A stretch of 64,000 nucleotides of DNA from Patescibacteria group bacterium (GCA_028288925.1 JAQGHG010000012.1:13762-77761), one strand, 5' to 3'. Positions 47,517-57,854 are shown, counted from the first letter of the stretch. Numbers and translations are program-made. The notes: generated from the letters alone by a model not told the origin.

Positions 47517-48679
47517 TGAAAGGAATACACAACAACATGACCGCTCCCATAATTCTGCTTGAAGGCCACTACACAGAGACCGAGCTAAGCCAACTCAAAA
47601 ACGAAAAAATCTGGAATTTCAAAGACATATATCAACCTCAACTCACTGAGCTCTTTGAAATCTTAAACGCCCAGCTGATCGGTATGCCGGAGTTTGAGGG
47701 CAAGCTCAAAGAGTTTATCGCCGAGAGATCAGTCCCCAAGTCGGAACTAAGAGGGAATTACGTCTATTACCCGTGGTCGGGTCTTTTGCTCCACATGGTC
47801 AACGAAGAGGAATTAAATATCCTTCGCACAAACCGTACAAATAACCTGATTACCCGCGACGAGCAAAAGAAACTGGCCAAGTTTAGCGCCGGAGTAGCCG
47901 GCTTGTCGTTCGGTAACGGCATTGCTCTCTCTCTAGTGTATAGTGGCATCGCTAACACCATTAAAATCGCCGACCGCGACATCTTCGAAACCACTAACCT
48001 GAACCGAGTTCGAGTCGGCCTTCCGAGCGTGAATGAATCTAAGCCGGTCGTAACTGCCCGGGAGATCTATGAAATCAATCCTTATGCCGACATTTCCATA
48101 TATTCCGATGGGATAACCACCGAAAACATTGATTCCTTCATTGGGGGAGACACAAAGCTAAACGTTGTTTTCGATGTGGTCGACAGCTTCGCCATGAAAG
48201 TACGGTTGCGGCTGGCAGCCAAGCAGGCCAAAGTTCCAGTGATTATGCTCACCAGCCTGGAAGATAGCATTCTCGTTGACGTGGAGCGCTTCGATCTCGA
48301 TCCTTCTGCCGAAATATTTCATGGATTACTCGGCGGCGTGACAGATGACCTATTGACAAAAGAAATGACCGAGCAGGACAAGGCCAAATATGCAATGGCA
48401 ATTGTCGGTCCAGAACACGTTTCCTACCGTAATCTCTTGTCGCTCTCGAACATTGGTAAAAGCCTGGTTTCGCGCCCCCACCTGTACGGAACAGTCAGCA
48501 TTGTTTGCGGCTTAGCCTCTTATATTGTAAAAAGAATCGCCCTCGGCGAAGACATGCCGAGCATGCGAACCCATGTGGCATTCAATGAAGTACTCGGTAT
48601 TTTGCCTAATAAAGACGACACGCCTCAGGCTAGAGAAACCATATTGTCCCAATTGATGCGGAATTCAGCCAAAAATTAG
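47501..48679 (+). CDS. ThiF/MoeB/E1-like adenylyltransferase with about 125-aa N-terminal extension
   Basis: Gly-rich loop AGLSFGNG, DRDIFETTNLNRV (matches DxDxVxxSNLNRQ) and VFDVVDS; no CxxC motifs. Confidence 0.7.
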   Translation: MDDKIMKGIHNNMTAPIILLEGHYTETELSQLKNEKIWNFKDIYQPQLTELFEILNAQLIGMPEFEGKLKEFIAERSVPKSELRGNYVYYPWSGLLLHMVNEEELNILRTNRTNNLITRDEQKKLAKFSAGVAGLSFGNGIALSLVYSGIANTIKIADRDIFETTNLNRVRVGLPSVNESKPVVTAREIYEINPYADISIYSDGITTENIDSFIGGDTKLNVVFDVVDSFAMKVRLRLAAKQAKVPVIMLTSLEDSILVDVERFDLDPSAEIFHGLLGGVTDDLLTKEMTEQDKAKYAMAIVGPEHVSYRNLLSLSNIGKSLVSRPHLYGTVSIVCGLASYIVKRIALGEDMPSMRTHVAFNEVLGILPNKDDTPQARETILSQLMRNSAKN

Positions 48680-48733
48680 TTCCCATGCTGCCCCCTGATA
48701 GCGCTTCTGCTATAGTTAAAGCATAAGCAAGTT

Positions 48734-50902
48734 GTGAGCATGATCGAACTTATTGGAGTTGTAGTAAGCATTTTAGCCACTCTTATGGTAGGTGGTCTTG
48801 CGTATCTCAAAAACAAAAATAGCGCGACAAACCGGCTATTTGGGCTATTGTGTGTAGCGATGGCTGGTTGGACGGGCTTCAACTATCTGTCCGTCCACCT
48901 CAGCTTAGGTCAGCTTAATCTCATCCGCTTAATTATGTTCTTTGTTGTGTTGATGAACACGTCCTTTTTCTTTTTTGTTCAAAACTTTCCCTCTCCAAAA
49001 ATGAAAATCAATCGCTGGGCTGTCATTGGTATCATCTACGCCACCCTTGTGTTAGCCGATGCGCTTTCGCCTTTTCTGTTCTCTAGGCTGTTGGTCGAGA
49101 ACGGGAGCGTTTCGCCGGTGCCCGGGCCGGGGATCATTCTGTTTCTCATTCATGCGGTTATTTTTGCCGGTGGAGGAGTAGTCTGGCTCATTCGCCGTTA
49201 TTGGTTGAGCGCCGGATTGCTACGCGCCCAGCTGCGGTATGTCCTCATCGGTACGGTGCTTTTTATGACCCTCCTACCCTTGACCAATTTCATCCTGCCG
49301 CTGGCGGCTCATATATCATCACTAATTATTCTAAGCCCGTTCTATACAGCTTTTTTTGCCTTTGCCACCGGCTACGCTGTGCTTCGTCACCGCCTGTTTG
49401 ATGTACGGGCGATTGTCGCTCGGTCACTTACCTACGCGCTTCTCCTTCTGACCTTGGCCGGGCTGTTTGGGCTCATCTTCCTGAGTACGCAAAAACTTCT
49501 CATCCACGGCGTAGTTGGTAGCGGTGGTCAAAGCATCTTAAGTGCGACTCTGGCCATTTCTTTGGCTCTCACCTTCCAGCCATTGCGCCGGTTCTTCGAG
49601 CGCATCACCAATCGGGTATTTTATCGTGACAACTACGACTCTCAAGTAGTGCTCAGCAAATTCTCCAAAGTCCTCGTCTCCGAGCTCGAGCTCAACCGCA
49701 TCCTCAAAAAAACCCTCACTCAGCTCTGCGAAGACCTGCATATTCAATTTGGCCAGATCATCGTCTTCAATAACGACCGCGTCTACCGCATCGGCCACTA
49801 TGGCGAGCTGCCCAAGCGCCTGATGATCGCGCCGGAGCTGGCCAAATTCAACAAGCCCATGATTGTGGCCGACGAACTCGACGGGGGGGAACGCAAATCC
49901 ATCATGGACAAGCACAGTATCCGAGTGGCGCTCAACCTCCGCACGCGCGAAGAGTTCGTGGGCTACTTGCTGCTCGGCGACAAGCTTTCAGGTGATATTT
50001 ATTCGGGTCAGGACCTCGAGCTACTCGAGATTGTCGGCAAGGAGCTGGCCGTGGCCATTCTCAACGCCAAGGCCTACGCCGAGATCCAGGATTTCAACCT
50101 CACGCTCCAGGCGCGGGTGGACCACGCCACCAATCGCTTGCGCGTCGCCAACCGCCACCTCAAGGAACTCGACCATGCCAAGGACGAGTTCATCAGCATG
50201 GCCTCGCACCAGTTGCGCACGCCGCTTACTACCATCAAGGGCTACCTCTCCATGCTGCTCGAAGGCGACGCCGGCAAACTCACCAAACCTCAGAAAGAGT
50301 TTGTGGATTACGCTTTTGGTTCCAGCGAGCGCATGGTCAACCTCATCTCGGACCTGCTCAATGTGTCGCGCCTCTCGGCCGGCCGGTTCTTGATACAGAC
50401 CAAACCCACCGATATGGTGCAAATGATCGCCGACGAAGTCCGCCAGCTCGGCTCGCACGCCAAGGCCAAAGGTATTCAGCTGGTCTTCGACAAGCCCGCC
50501 GAGCCCCTGCCGCCCGCCGAGATCGACGACAACAAAACCCGCCAGGTCATCATGAACTTCATCGACAACGCCATCTATTACACGCAAAAAGGCGAGGTGC
50601 GCGTCACCCTTGAGCAATCCGGCGATTCGGTGCGTCTGGAAGTGCGCGACACCGGCATCGGCGTGCCCGAGAAAGCCAAGCGCAAGCTCTTCAGCAAATT
50701 CTTCCGCGCCGACAACGCCCAGATCGTCCGCCCCGACGGCACTGGCCTTGGCCTCTACCTGGCCAAACGTGTAATCGAGGATCAGGGTGGTACAATAATC
50801 TTCAGCAGCATAGAAGGCAAAGGTTCGACCTTTGGTTTCGAGCTGCCCTTTAAGCACCCCAAGCCCAAACACGAGGACACCCATGGCCGATCCAAAACCT
50901 GA
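48734..50902 (+). CDS. sensor histidine kinase with 7TM receptor-like N-terminus
   Basis: Paralog of 24417..26579; ASHQLRTPLT, GTGLGL. Confidence 0.85.
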   Translation: MSMIELIGVVVSILATLMVGGLAYLKNKNSATNRLFGLLCVAMAGWTGFNYLSVHLSLGQLNLIRLIMFFVVLMNTSFFFFVQNFPSPKMKINRWAVIGIIYATLVLADALSPFLFSRLLVENGSVSPVPGPGIILFLIHAVIFAGGGVVWLIRRYWLSAGLLRAQLRYVLIGTVLFMTLLPLTNFILPLAAHISSLIILSPFYTAFFAFATGYAVLRHRLFDVRAIVARSLTYALLLLTLAGLFGLIFLSTQKLLIHGVVGSGGQSILSATLAISLALTFQPLRRFFERITNRVFYRDNYDSQVVLSKFSKVLVSELELNRILKKTLTQLCEDLHIQFGQIIVFNNDRVYRIGHYGELPKRLMIAPELAKFNKPMIVADELDGGERKSIMDKHSIRVALNLRTREEFVGYLLLGDKLSGDIYSGQDLELLEIVGKELAVAILNAKAYAEIQDFNLTLQARVDHATNRLRVANRHLKELDHAKDEFISMASHQLRTPLTTIKGYLSMLLEGDAGKLTKPQKEFVDYAFGSSERMVNLISDLLNVSRLSAGRFLIQTKPTDMVQMIADEVRQLGSHAKAKGIQLVFDKPAEPLPPAEIDDNKTRQVIMNFIDNAIYYTQKGEVRVTLEQSGDSVRLEVRDTGIGVPEKAKRKLFSKFFRADNAQIVRPDGTGLGLYLAKRVIEDQGGTIIFSSIEGKGSTFGFELPFKHPKPKHEDTHGRSKT

Positions 50903-51293
50903 TAACAAACTCATCCTCATCGCCGAAGACGATCCGTTCATCTCGCGCATGTACCAGATCAAGCTCGAAAGCGGCGGCTACCGCGTGATCGTCAAGAATA
51001 ATGGCCGCGATGCCTTCGAAGCCATCAAGGGCGAGCACCCGGATCTGGCCGTCCTCGACATCAACATGCCTGAGCTTTCGGGCCTAGAAGTGCTGGCCGC
51101 GCTCCAAACTGACGGGTTCGACTTCGATTCCATGCCCGTCATCGTACTCACCAACTCCTCCGAGCTGTCCGATCGCAACAAGGCCCATTCCTTCGGCGCC
51201 GAATACCTGGTGAAGGCCGAGCTCACCCCGCGCGAGGTCCTCAACCTCATCGGCGCCAAGCTTAACCCCGCTCCCGAAGCCGAAAATGCCTAA
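50883..51293 (+). CDS. response regulator, receiver domain only
   Basis: LIAEDD…AVLDINMP…K; 20-nt overlap with the kinase. Confidence 0.85.
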   Translation: MADPKPDNKLILIAEDDPFISRMYQIKLESGGYRVIVKNNGRDAFEAIKGEHPDLAVLDINMPELSGLEVLAALQTDGFDFDSMPVIVLTNSSELSDRNKAHSFGAEYLVKAELTPREVLNLIGAKLNPAPEAENA

Positions 51294-51474
51294 ATTTATC
51301 GAACCAATCCTGGTGGCGGCGCTGGTATTTACCGGTACCTTCTTGGGACTGCGCGCGATCGAGTGGCTCTACCATCGCCTGCGCCACACGCCGGATTGGT
51401 CGCCACACTGGGGATCGTGGCTGTTCGCGCTGCTGCTGGCGGTGTACGCGCTCGTCAACAACCTCGGCCGTTAA
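51286..51474 (+). CDS. small membrane protein (62 aa, 2 TM)
   Basis: 8-nt overlap with the response-regulator stop. Confidence 0.35.
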   Translation: MPKFIEPILVAALVFTGTFLGLRAIEWLYHRLRHTPDWSPHWGSWLFALLLAVYALVNNLGR

Positions 51475-51485
51475 TAATTGACTTA

Positions 51486-51565
51486 TACCGAAGACTCCAT
51501 CCCGGCGGGACATGGAGCTGCCAGGACCCGTGCGATTCGAAAACGGCCAAGATCCGTTCCCTACG
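51486..51565. repeat. repeat element copy F (inverted orientation, rearranged)
   Basis: ataccgaagact…gctgccaggacccgtg…cctacgg; the deacetylase stop (cta at 51561-63) lies inside cctacgg. Confidence 0.5.
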
Positions 51566-52649
51566 GCAATATTAGCGCGTCCCGCACCCGCCGCAGCGTA
51601 AACTCCGAGCCCGGATTCTGGTACGATCCCGGCTGCACCGTCACCGCCGTTTGGTAGCCGGCGTCCCGCGCGATCTGAATGCTCGTGGCATTGTAGGCGC
51701 CGTAGGGATAGGCGAAATGGCGTATGGTGTGGCCCAGCTTGTCTTCTAGCGCCCGCTTGCCGTCGGCGATCTCAAACCGTTGCTCATCGGCCGGTAAGGT
51801 CGCCAAGTTGCGGTGGTTCACCGTGTGGCCGCCGATCTCGATCAGCCCGCTGTGGTCCAGCTCTCGCACCTGGCTCCAGTTCATATAGGCGTCACCGCAG
51901 CCACCCGGCGGCTGCAGTGGGTCGTTGTACCGCCGCCCCGATCCGATACACCATTGGCTGGCCGCGCCGCTGGTGATGATATAAAACGTCGCCTTCATAT
52001 TATGCCGCCGCAATATCTCAAAGGCCTGCATTTGATTCGCAAAGCCGTCATCATAAGTAATCACCACCGGCTTGGCGGGGAGTGAGCCACCGTTGAGGCC
52101 GGACAGCGCCTCATCCATGGTGATGGTGGTATAGCCCCGCGTCTGCAGATGCGACAATTGCTGTTCGAAATTGGCCGGTGTGTAGTGATAGAGCAAAATC
52201 GGAATGGTAAGCCCGCCCGACAGATTACGCGCGGAATTATCAGCTGAGACCGGCTTGGAGGCCGCGACCGTACCGCCCTTTAGCTCGAAGTTCCAATTGG
52301 CCAGCGACACCCGTAAGTTTTTGATGTCAGCCTTGGCGCGATGAAACTGGCCACTGGCGGCGTCCAATTGCACCCGCGAAAGCTGGCTTTCCATCTCGTG
52401 CTCGCTCACGATCTGAGCCCCGGCGCGTCTCTGCGCGCGCTTAAACTCACCCACCGACTGTACCAGCGAAGCATACTGCGACCGGAGCTCGGGAGGATAA
52501 TTTACGTTATGAGAAAAACCGGCCGACGCCTGAGGAAGAGCCGCCACCACGGCCAACCCGCTAGCCACGAAAACCGCCAAAACCCCCGCGAACACCGAAA
52601 AACGCAAAGCCTTAGTATTACCAAAGCCCTTATCTATCCATTTCTTCAT
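51561..52649 (-). CDS. polysaccharide deacetylase (NodB domain) with TM and coiled-coil N-terminus
   Basis: Paralog of 3672..4865 (VVITYDDGF, HTVNH, FAYPYG). Confidence 0.8.
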   Translation of the reverse strand: MKKWIDKGFGNTKALRFSVFAGVLAVFVASGLAVVAALPQASAGFSHNVNYPPELRSQYASLVQSVGEFKRAQRRAGAQIVSEHEMESQLSRVQLDAASGQFHRAKADIKNLRVSLANWNFELKGGTVAASKPVSADNSARNLSGGLTIPILLYHYTPANFEQQLSHLQTRGYTTITMDEALSGLNGGSLPAKPVVITYDDGFANQMQAFEILRRHNMKATFYIITSGAASQWCIGSGRRYNDPLQPPGGCGDAYMNWSQVRELDHSGLIEIGGHTVNHRNLATLPADEQRFEIADGKRALEDKLGHTIRHFAYPYGAYNATSIQIARDAGYQTAVTVQPGSYQNPGSEFTLRRVRDALILP

Positions 52650-52725
52650 TACGCTCCATTATAACTTAAATTGACCTGAATGGGTCGTCATGCGCTATAA
52701 TACTTATGCTTAAATGTGAGCTTAT

Positions 52726-53412
52726 ATGCCTCAACCTGCCCTCATCGAACTCAAGTCCGTCAGCAAAGACTACACGATCGGCGACGAGACCCTGCACGCG
52801 CTCGCCAACGTTAGCCTAAGTATTAAACCGGGCGAATTTATCGCCATCACCGGGCCGTCCGGCTCGGGCAAATCTACCCTCGCCAACATCATCGGCGGCC
52901 TCGACAAGCCCGATTCGGGCTCCGTGGAAGTCGAGGGCGCCGACCTGGCCAAAGCCGGCGACCGTCAGCTATCCGTCTACCGCAACAAACATATCGGCTT
53001 CGTCTTCCAGGCCTTCAACCTCCAGCCCACCTACACGGCGCTGGAAAACGTGATGCTGCCGCTCGTACTCGCGGGCGCCGGCGGCAAGGAGCGCAAAGCC
53101 CGCGCCCAGGAATGCCTCAACGATGTCGGCCTGGCCGACCGCATGAGCCACCGGCCCACCCAGCTCTCCGGCGGCCAGCGGCAGCGCGTCAGCATCGCCC
53201 GGGCGCTCGCCAACAAGCCTAGCATTATCATCGCCGACGAGCCCACCGGCAACCTCGACAGCGCCAAAGGCCGCGAAATCATGACGCTGCTGGCCGGCCT
53301 CAACAAGCAGGGGATTACGCTCATTATCATTACGCACGATATGGAAGTAGCCAAACAGGCGAGCCGCGTACTCTCCATCCACGACGGCGCGGTAAAGGAG
53401 GGCCGGTCATGA
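52726..53412 (+). CDS. ABC transporter ATP-binding protein (MacB/LolD/FtsE-like)
   Basis: Walker [18 protein letters not shown] signature, Walker [13 protein letters not shown]. Confidence 0.9.
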   Translation: MPQPALIELKSVSKDYTIGDETLHALANVSLSIKPGEFIAITGPSGSGKSTLANIIGGLDKPDSGSVEVEGADLAKAGDRQLSVYRNKHIGFVFQAFNLQPTYTALENVMLPLVLAGAGGKERKARAQECLNDVGLADRMSHRPTQLSGGQRQRVSIARALANKPSIIIADEPTGNLDSAKGREIMTLLAGLNKQGITLIIITHDMEVAKQASRVLSIHDGAVKEGRS

Positions 53413-54851
53413 AATTCACCGACATCATCATCCAGGCGCTCAAGAATCTCAAGCGCCAAAAGCTCCGCTCCGCCCTCACCATCTTTGCCGTTATGATCGG
53501 CGCCACCAGTGTTACCATCATGCTGGCGCTCGTGACCGGCGCCCAAAGCTTCTTCGTCAGCCAATTCTCGGCCAACGGCACGCTCCAGCAAATCGCCATC
53601 TCGTCCCAGACCGACCTCGCCAAGTTTGACCAAGGCAATAACGGCGGCGGGAGTTGCGACTCCTGCGTCAAGCTCACCGACGCGCTCGTTACCAAGATCA
53701 AAGCCGTGCCGCACGTCATCGGTGTGGCCCGCCGCGTCTCCGGTGGCTCGCTGGAGTCCGTCACCTACAACGGCACCAAGCTCCGCCTTCAGCAGGTCGA
53801 AGGCTACGACGCCAACGGCATCCTTACGAACACCATGCTAGCCGGCCGCGACATCGCCGAGGCCGACAAAGACGGCGTCATCACCATCACCTCGGATTAC
53901 GCCGACAAGTGGGGTTTCAAGGGCCACTACTCCGACCTCCTCAATAAGCCCGTCCAAATGCTCACCCGCAACGGCTACTCCGGCGTCGGCGCCACCATCG
54001 CGCTGCCCCCGCAGCAGGGTCCCGACGGCGGTGGCGGTGGTAATGACCCGCAGCAACAGCCGCCCACCACGCTCACCGCCACCATCGTGGGTATCGTCGA
54101 CGGCGGTGACCGCGGCGAAACCGTCCGCGCGCCCCTGGCCTGGGTCAACGGCATGAACACCCAGCGCATGTACCAAATGACCGACGCCGACCGCAAAGCC
54201 CAAGACGCCGCCAACCGCGCCTGCCAAAACAACCATACTCCTTGCCAGCCGGGCCAGCCCAAAATGACGCTCGTATCCCAAGATTTCCTGACCCAAAACG
54301 GCTACAACGGCTTCACCGCCAAGGTCGACGACGTCAAAAACGCCGCCACCACCACGGCCGCCATCAAGAAGCTCGGCGTCGGCGCGGCCGATGCCCAGAG
54401 CCTCATCAAGCAGCAGCTCCAGATCTTTAACATCATCAGCCTCGTGCTGGGCGGCATCGGCGGCATCGCGCTGCTGGTGGCGGCCATCGGTGTCGTCAAC
54501 ACCATGGTGATGGCCATCCTGGAGCGCACGCGCGAGATCGGTGTGCTGCGGGCCTGCGGCGCCACCCGCGCCACCATTCGCAGCCTCTTTACTATCGAAG
54601 CCTCAGCGCTCGGCTTCCTGGGCGGCGCTGCCGGTGTAGCGGCGGGCTATGGCCTCACGCTGGTGGCCAACCGCATCATCAATGCCCAGCTCGGTGGCTC
54701 GGGCCTGGCCGCGCACAATATCATCACGCTACCGCTCTGGCTCATCGCGTCAGTCATCGGCATCGCCACGCTCATCGGCATGCTGGCCGGCCTCTACCCG
54801 GCCTTCCGCGCCTCGCGCCTCAATCCCATCGACGCCCTGCGCTACGAGTAG
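53409..54851 (+). CDS. ABC transporter permease (FtsX/MacB-like)
   Basis: N-terminal TM, large periplasmic domain, 3 C-terminal TM (FtsX fold). Confidence 0.85.
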   Translation: MKFTDIIIQALKNLKRQKLRSALTIFAVMIGATSVTIMLALVTGAQSFFVSQFSANGTLQQIAISSQTDLAKFDQGNNGGGSCDSCVKLTDALVTKIKAVPHVIGVARRVSGGSLESVTYNGTKLRLQQVEGYDANGILTNTMLAGRDIAEADKDGVITITSDYADKWGFKGHYSDLLNKPVQMLTRNGYSGVGATIALPPQQGPDGGGGGNDPQQQPPTTLTATIVGIVDGGDRGETVRAPLAWVNGMNTQRMYQMTDADRKAQDAANRACQNNHTPCQPGQPKMTLVSQDFLTQNGYNGFTAKVDDVKNAATTTAAIKKLGVGAADAQSLIKQQLQIFNIISLVLGGIGGIALLVAAIGVVNTMVMAILERTREIGVLRACGATRATIRSLFTIEASALGFLGGAAGVAAGYGLTLVANRIINAQLGGSGLAAHNIITLPLWLIASVIGIATLIGMLAGLYPAFRASRLNPIDALRYE

Positions 54852-54871
54852 CTTCATAGTATAATCCGGGG

Positions 54872-55717
54872 ATGAAGATCCTCCTCACCGGCCCGGCTCG
54901 CGTCGGCAAAACTACCCTCTTCCGAGAACTCACTCTGGCGGCTCCCCAGGCCTTCTGGGTCGTAACCGAGCGCACTCACGACGCGCAGGGGATCCGCACC
55001 GGCTTTAAGGCCGTCAACTCACTGGGTGGCGAGGAAATTATCGACCGGCGCGAAGACCTCAAACCCGATGTGCCCATGGGCAATCACCACGTCGACGTCG
55101 CGGCTATCGACCGGCTCTTCTCGACACCCATCCAGAAGGCGCTCAAAAACCACGCGCCCCTGCTGCTCATCGACGAAATCGGCCGCATCGAGCGCTATTC
55201 GCCGCGCTTTATCGAAGCAATCGACCAAGTCTTTACCAGCCCTGTCCACATTATTGCCGTCATTCATCTCAGCGATGATTGGGCGGAACTCTACAAATCC
55301 CATCCCGACGCCCTTACGCTCACACTCTCGGCCGGAAACCGCGACCAAATCCATGACGCCCTCACTTCCATCGTGGCCGCGCTGCCGCTCTTTGATCAGC
55401 TATCTGCCAAGGACCAGGCCGGCGTTCAACACTTCGCCCAATCATATGCCCAAAATAGCCAATTTATTCTACTCAAAAAGCTTTTCAAAAACGCCGTTAC
55501 GTATCTGGCCGATGGCCGGCTCCATCAGGTCGACGACCGGCATTACGCCCTCCAGGGGCTTACCAATAGCCACCACATCGAGCTGTTGCCGGATCATACA
55601 TGGGCCTGCGATTGCGACCTTTTCCATGGCCGGGGCAAGTTTGCCGGGCAGGCGGGGGAGTGCTCTCATATTCAAACGATTAAGGTTTCTGCCGGCCTGT
55701 TCGAGTTCGGCGACTAG
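54872..55717 (+). CDS. P-loop NTPase (THEP1-like) fused to C-terminal SWIM zinc finger
   Basis: MKILLTGPARVGKTT Walker A, LIDEIG Walker B, C-terminal WACDCD…(17)…CSH (CxCxnCxH). Confidence 0.6.
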   Translation: MKILLTGPARVGKTTLFRELTLAAPQAFWVVTERTHDAQGIRTGFKAVNSLGGEEIIDRREDLKPDVPMGNHHVDVAAIDRLFSTPIQKALKNHAPLLLIDEIGRIERYSPRFIEAIDQVFTSPVHIIAVIHLSDDWAELYKSHPDALTLTLSAGNRDQIHDALTSIVAALPLFDQLSAKDQAGVQHFAQSYAQNSQFILLKKLFKNAVTYLADGRLHQVDDRHYALQGLTNSHHIELLPDHTWACDCDLFHGRGKFAGQAGECSHIQTIKVSAGLFEFGD

Positions 55718-55782
55718 AGCCTACGGGTGGCAACACCGAAGAGACGGATAGCGTTCACCACTCGCTATCCGTCTACCATCTG
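55716..55782. repeat. repeat element copy D (5' half + core with its own hairpin)
   Basis: ctagagcctacgggtggcaacaccgaagagacggatagcgttcaccactcgctatccgtct. Confidence 0.6.
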
Positions 55783-55826
55783 TGTCAAGATAACAAAGAC
55801 AACCTAAGTGGATAGGAGAGCGGCAC

Positions 55827-56540
55827 ATGCCAGCGGAATCCCCCGTCATTAGCGGGCGCGACATCATTAAGACCTACGGCAAAGGCGACGGCCAGTTTAC
55901 GGCTCTGCGCGGCGTGTCGCTCGACGTTAAAGCCGGCGAGAGCATCGCCATCATCGGCAAGAGCGGCTCGGGCAAGTCCACCCTCATGCACTTGCTGGCC
56001 TTGCTCGACAAGCCCTCGACCGGTACCGTCAGTATCGACGGCCAAGACGCCGGCCGGCTGCCGGGCCGCACCCTCAATACCCTGCGCAACAAGAAATTCG
56101 GCTTCGTCTTCCAGCAATTCTTCCTCAACGGCGGTGCTAGCGTGCTCGAGAATGTCATTTTGCCGCTCAAGATCGCCGGCGTTCATGGCCGCGAACGCCG
56201 CCGCCGTGGGCTCGAAGCTCTGCGCCAAGTCGAGCTCGAAGACAAAGCCAAGAACAAGGCCAAGGACCTCAGCGGCGGCCAAAAACAGCGCGCCGTCATC
56301 GCCCGGGCGCTCATCAATGAGCCCCAGATCATCTTCGCCGACGAGCCCACCGGCAACCTCGACAGCGCCACCGGCGCCCACATCGAGAATCTCCTCTTCA
56401 ACCTCAACAAACGCCACGGCATCACCCTTATCATCGTCACCCACGATGAAGATCTGGCCCGGCGCTGTGACCGTCAGCTCCATATCAAAGACGGCGTCAT
56501 CGACGTAGCGCCCCGTCCCCGCAGGGGAGTCCGGCTATGA
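55827..56540 (+). CDS. ABC transporter ATP-binding protein (MacB-like)
   Basis: GKSGSGKST Walker A, LSGGQKQR signature, [11 protein letters not shown] Walker B. Confidence 0.9.
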   Translation: MPAESPVISGRDIIKTYGKGDGQFTALRGVSLDVKAGESIAIIGKSGSGKSTLMHLLALLDKPSTGTVSIDGQDAGRLPGRTLNTLRNKKFGFVFQQFFLNGGASVLENVILPLKIAGVHGRERRRRGLEALRQVELEDKAKNKAKDLSGGQKQRAVIARALINEPQIIFADEPTGNLDSATGAHIENLLFNLNKRHGITLIIVTHDEDLARRCDRQLHIKDGVIDVAPRPRRGVRL

Positions 56541-57823
56541 GGCTCATCGACATCTTCACCACCGCCAGCGGCAATATGTTCCGCAGCAAGCTTCGCACCA
56601 CGCTCACCATCGTAGCGATCTTCATCGGCTCGTTTACCCTCACCCTCACCAGCGGGCTGGGTACCGGTATCTCGAGCTATATCGATAAGCAAGTCGGCAA
56701 CCTCGGCGGCAAAGACGTGCTCATAGTTCAACCTATCGGCCAAGGTCCGGGCAGCGATAGCGGCCCCAAGGCCTACGACCCCGCCAAGAAAACCTCCGCC
56801 ACCGCCTTCGGCACCACTACCACCGCCCTCACCGACTCCGACATCACCAAGATCAAGAGCGTGTCCGGTATCAGGAGCGTCGAGCCCAACTTCGTAGTCG
56901 TCACGGATTACATCGTGGGCCCTAACGGTAAAAAATACCAAGTATCGGCCAATCCCTATGTCTCGGGCACCAAGGTGGAGCTCGCGACGGGGGATCAAGT
57001 CTCGAACGACGTCTCCGAGCGCCAAGCCCTCCTCCCGGTAGATTACGTGCCGGCTCTAGGCTTCGCCAATAATGAAGCCGTGGTAGGCAAGAGTGTCACC
57101 CTCGGCGTCACCGACGGCAATGGTAAGCAGCACCAGATCACGGCCGCGCTCAAAGGCGTGCAGCAAAAAGGTCTGACTAATTCCGGCGGTATGAACACCA
57201 ATGAAGCCCTCACTCAGGAAATCTACCGCACCCAAAGCCTCGGCCTGCCCAAAGCTGTCACCAACAACTATCAAGCGCTCCTCGCCAAATTCGATGCCAA
57301 CGCCTCTCCGGGCCAGATCACGCATCTCAAAGATGAGCTCAAAAAGAAAGGCTACGCCGCCAAAACCATCGAAGACCAGATCGGCACCTTCAAGGCGGTC
57401 ATTAGCGGCATCATCGCGGTGCTCAACGCCTTCGCCGTCATCGCACTCTTGGCGGCCAGCTTCGGTATCATCAACACCCTGCTGATGTCGGTGCAAGAGC
57501 GCACCAAAGAAATCGGCCTGATGAAGGCCATGGGCATGGGCGGCGGCCGCATCTTCCTGCTCTTCAGCACCGAGGCAGTCCTGCTTGGCTTCTGGGGCAG
57601 CCTCATCGGCGTTGGCGTGGCCGAAGTGGTCGGACGCGTCGCCAACCACATCGTCACTACCACCTTCCTCAAGGACCTGCCCGGTCTGCAGCTTCTGACC
57701 TTCCCGCCCATCTCGATTCTGGCGATCATGGGCCTCGTCATGGGCATCGCTCTCCTGGCCGGCACGCTACCCGCCACCCGCGCCGCCCGCCAGAGTCCCA
57801 TCGATTCGCTGCGCTACGAATAA
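56537..57823 (+). CDS. ABC transporter permease (FtsX/MacB-like)
   Basis: FtsX topology; 4-nt overlap with the ATPase. Confidence 0.85.
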   Translation: MRLIDIFTTASGNMFRSKLRTTLTIVAIFIGSFTLTLTSGLGTGISSYIDKQVGNLGGKDVLIVQPIGQGPGSDSGPKAYDPAKKTSATAFGTTTTALTDSDITKIKSVSGIRSVEPNFVVVTDYIVGPNGKKYQVSANPYVSGTKVELATGDQVSNDVSERQALLPVDYVPALGFANNEAVVGKSVTLGVTDGNGKQHQITAALKGVQQKGLTNSGGMNTNEALTQEIYRTQSLGLPKAVTNNYQALLAKFDANASPGQITHLKDELKKKGYAAKTIEDQIGTFKAVISGIIAVLNAFAVIALLAASFGIINTLLMSVQERTKEIGLMKAMGMGGGRIFLLFSTEAVLLGFWGSLIGVGVAEVVGRVANHIVTTTFLKDLPGLQLLTFPPISILAIMGLVMGIALLAGTLPATRAARQSPIDSLRYE

Positions 57824-57854
57824 GGTATGAGAGGTTTACGCTCTAGCTTTGTGT

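Noticed and set aside
53031-54296. Several 100-230-aa antisense ORFs across the ABC genes (for example 53031..53714 and 53838..54296 on the minus strand)
   Set aside because: They fall inside well-supported ABC ATPase and permease genes and are compositionally driven.
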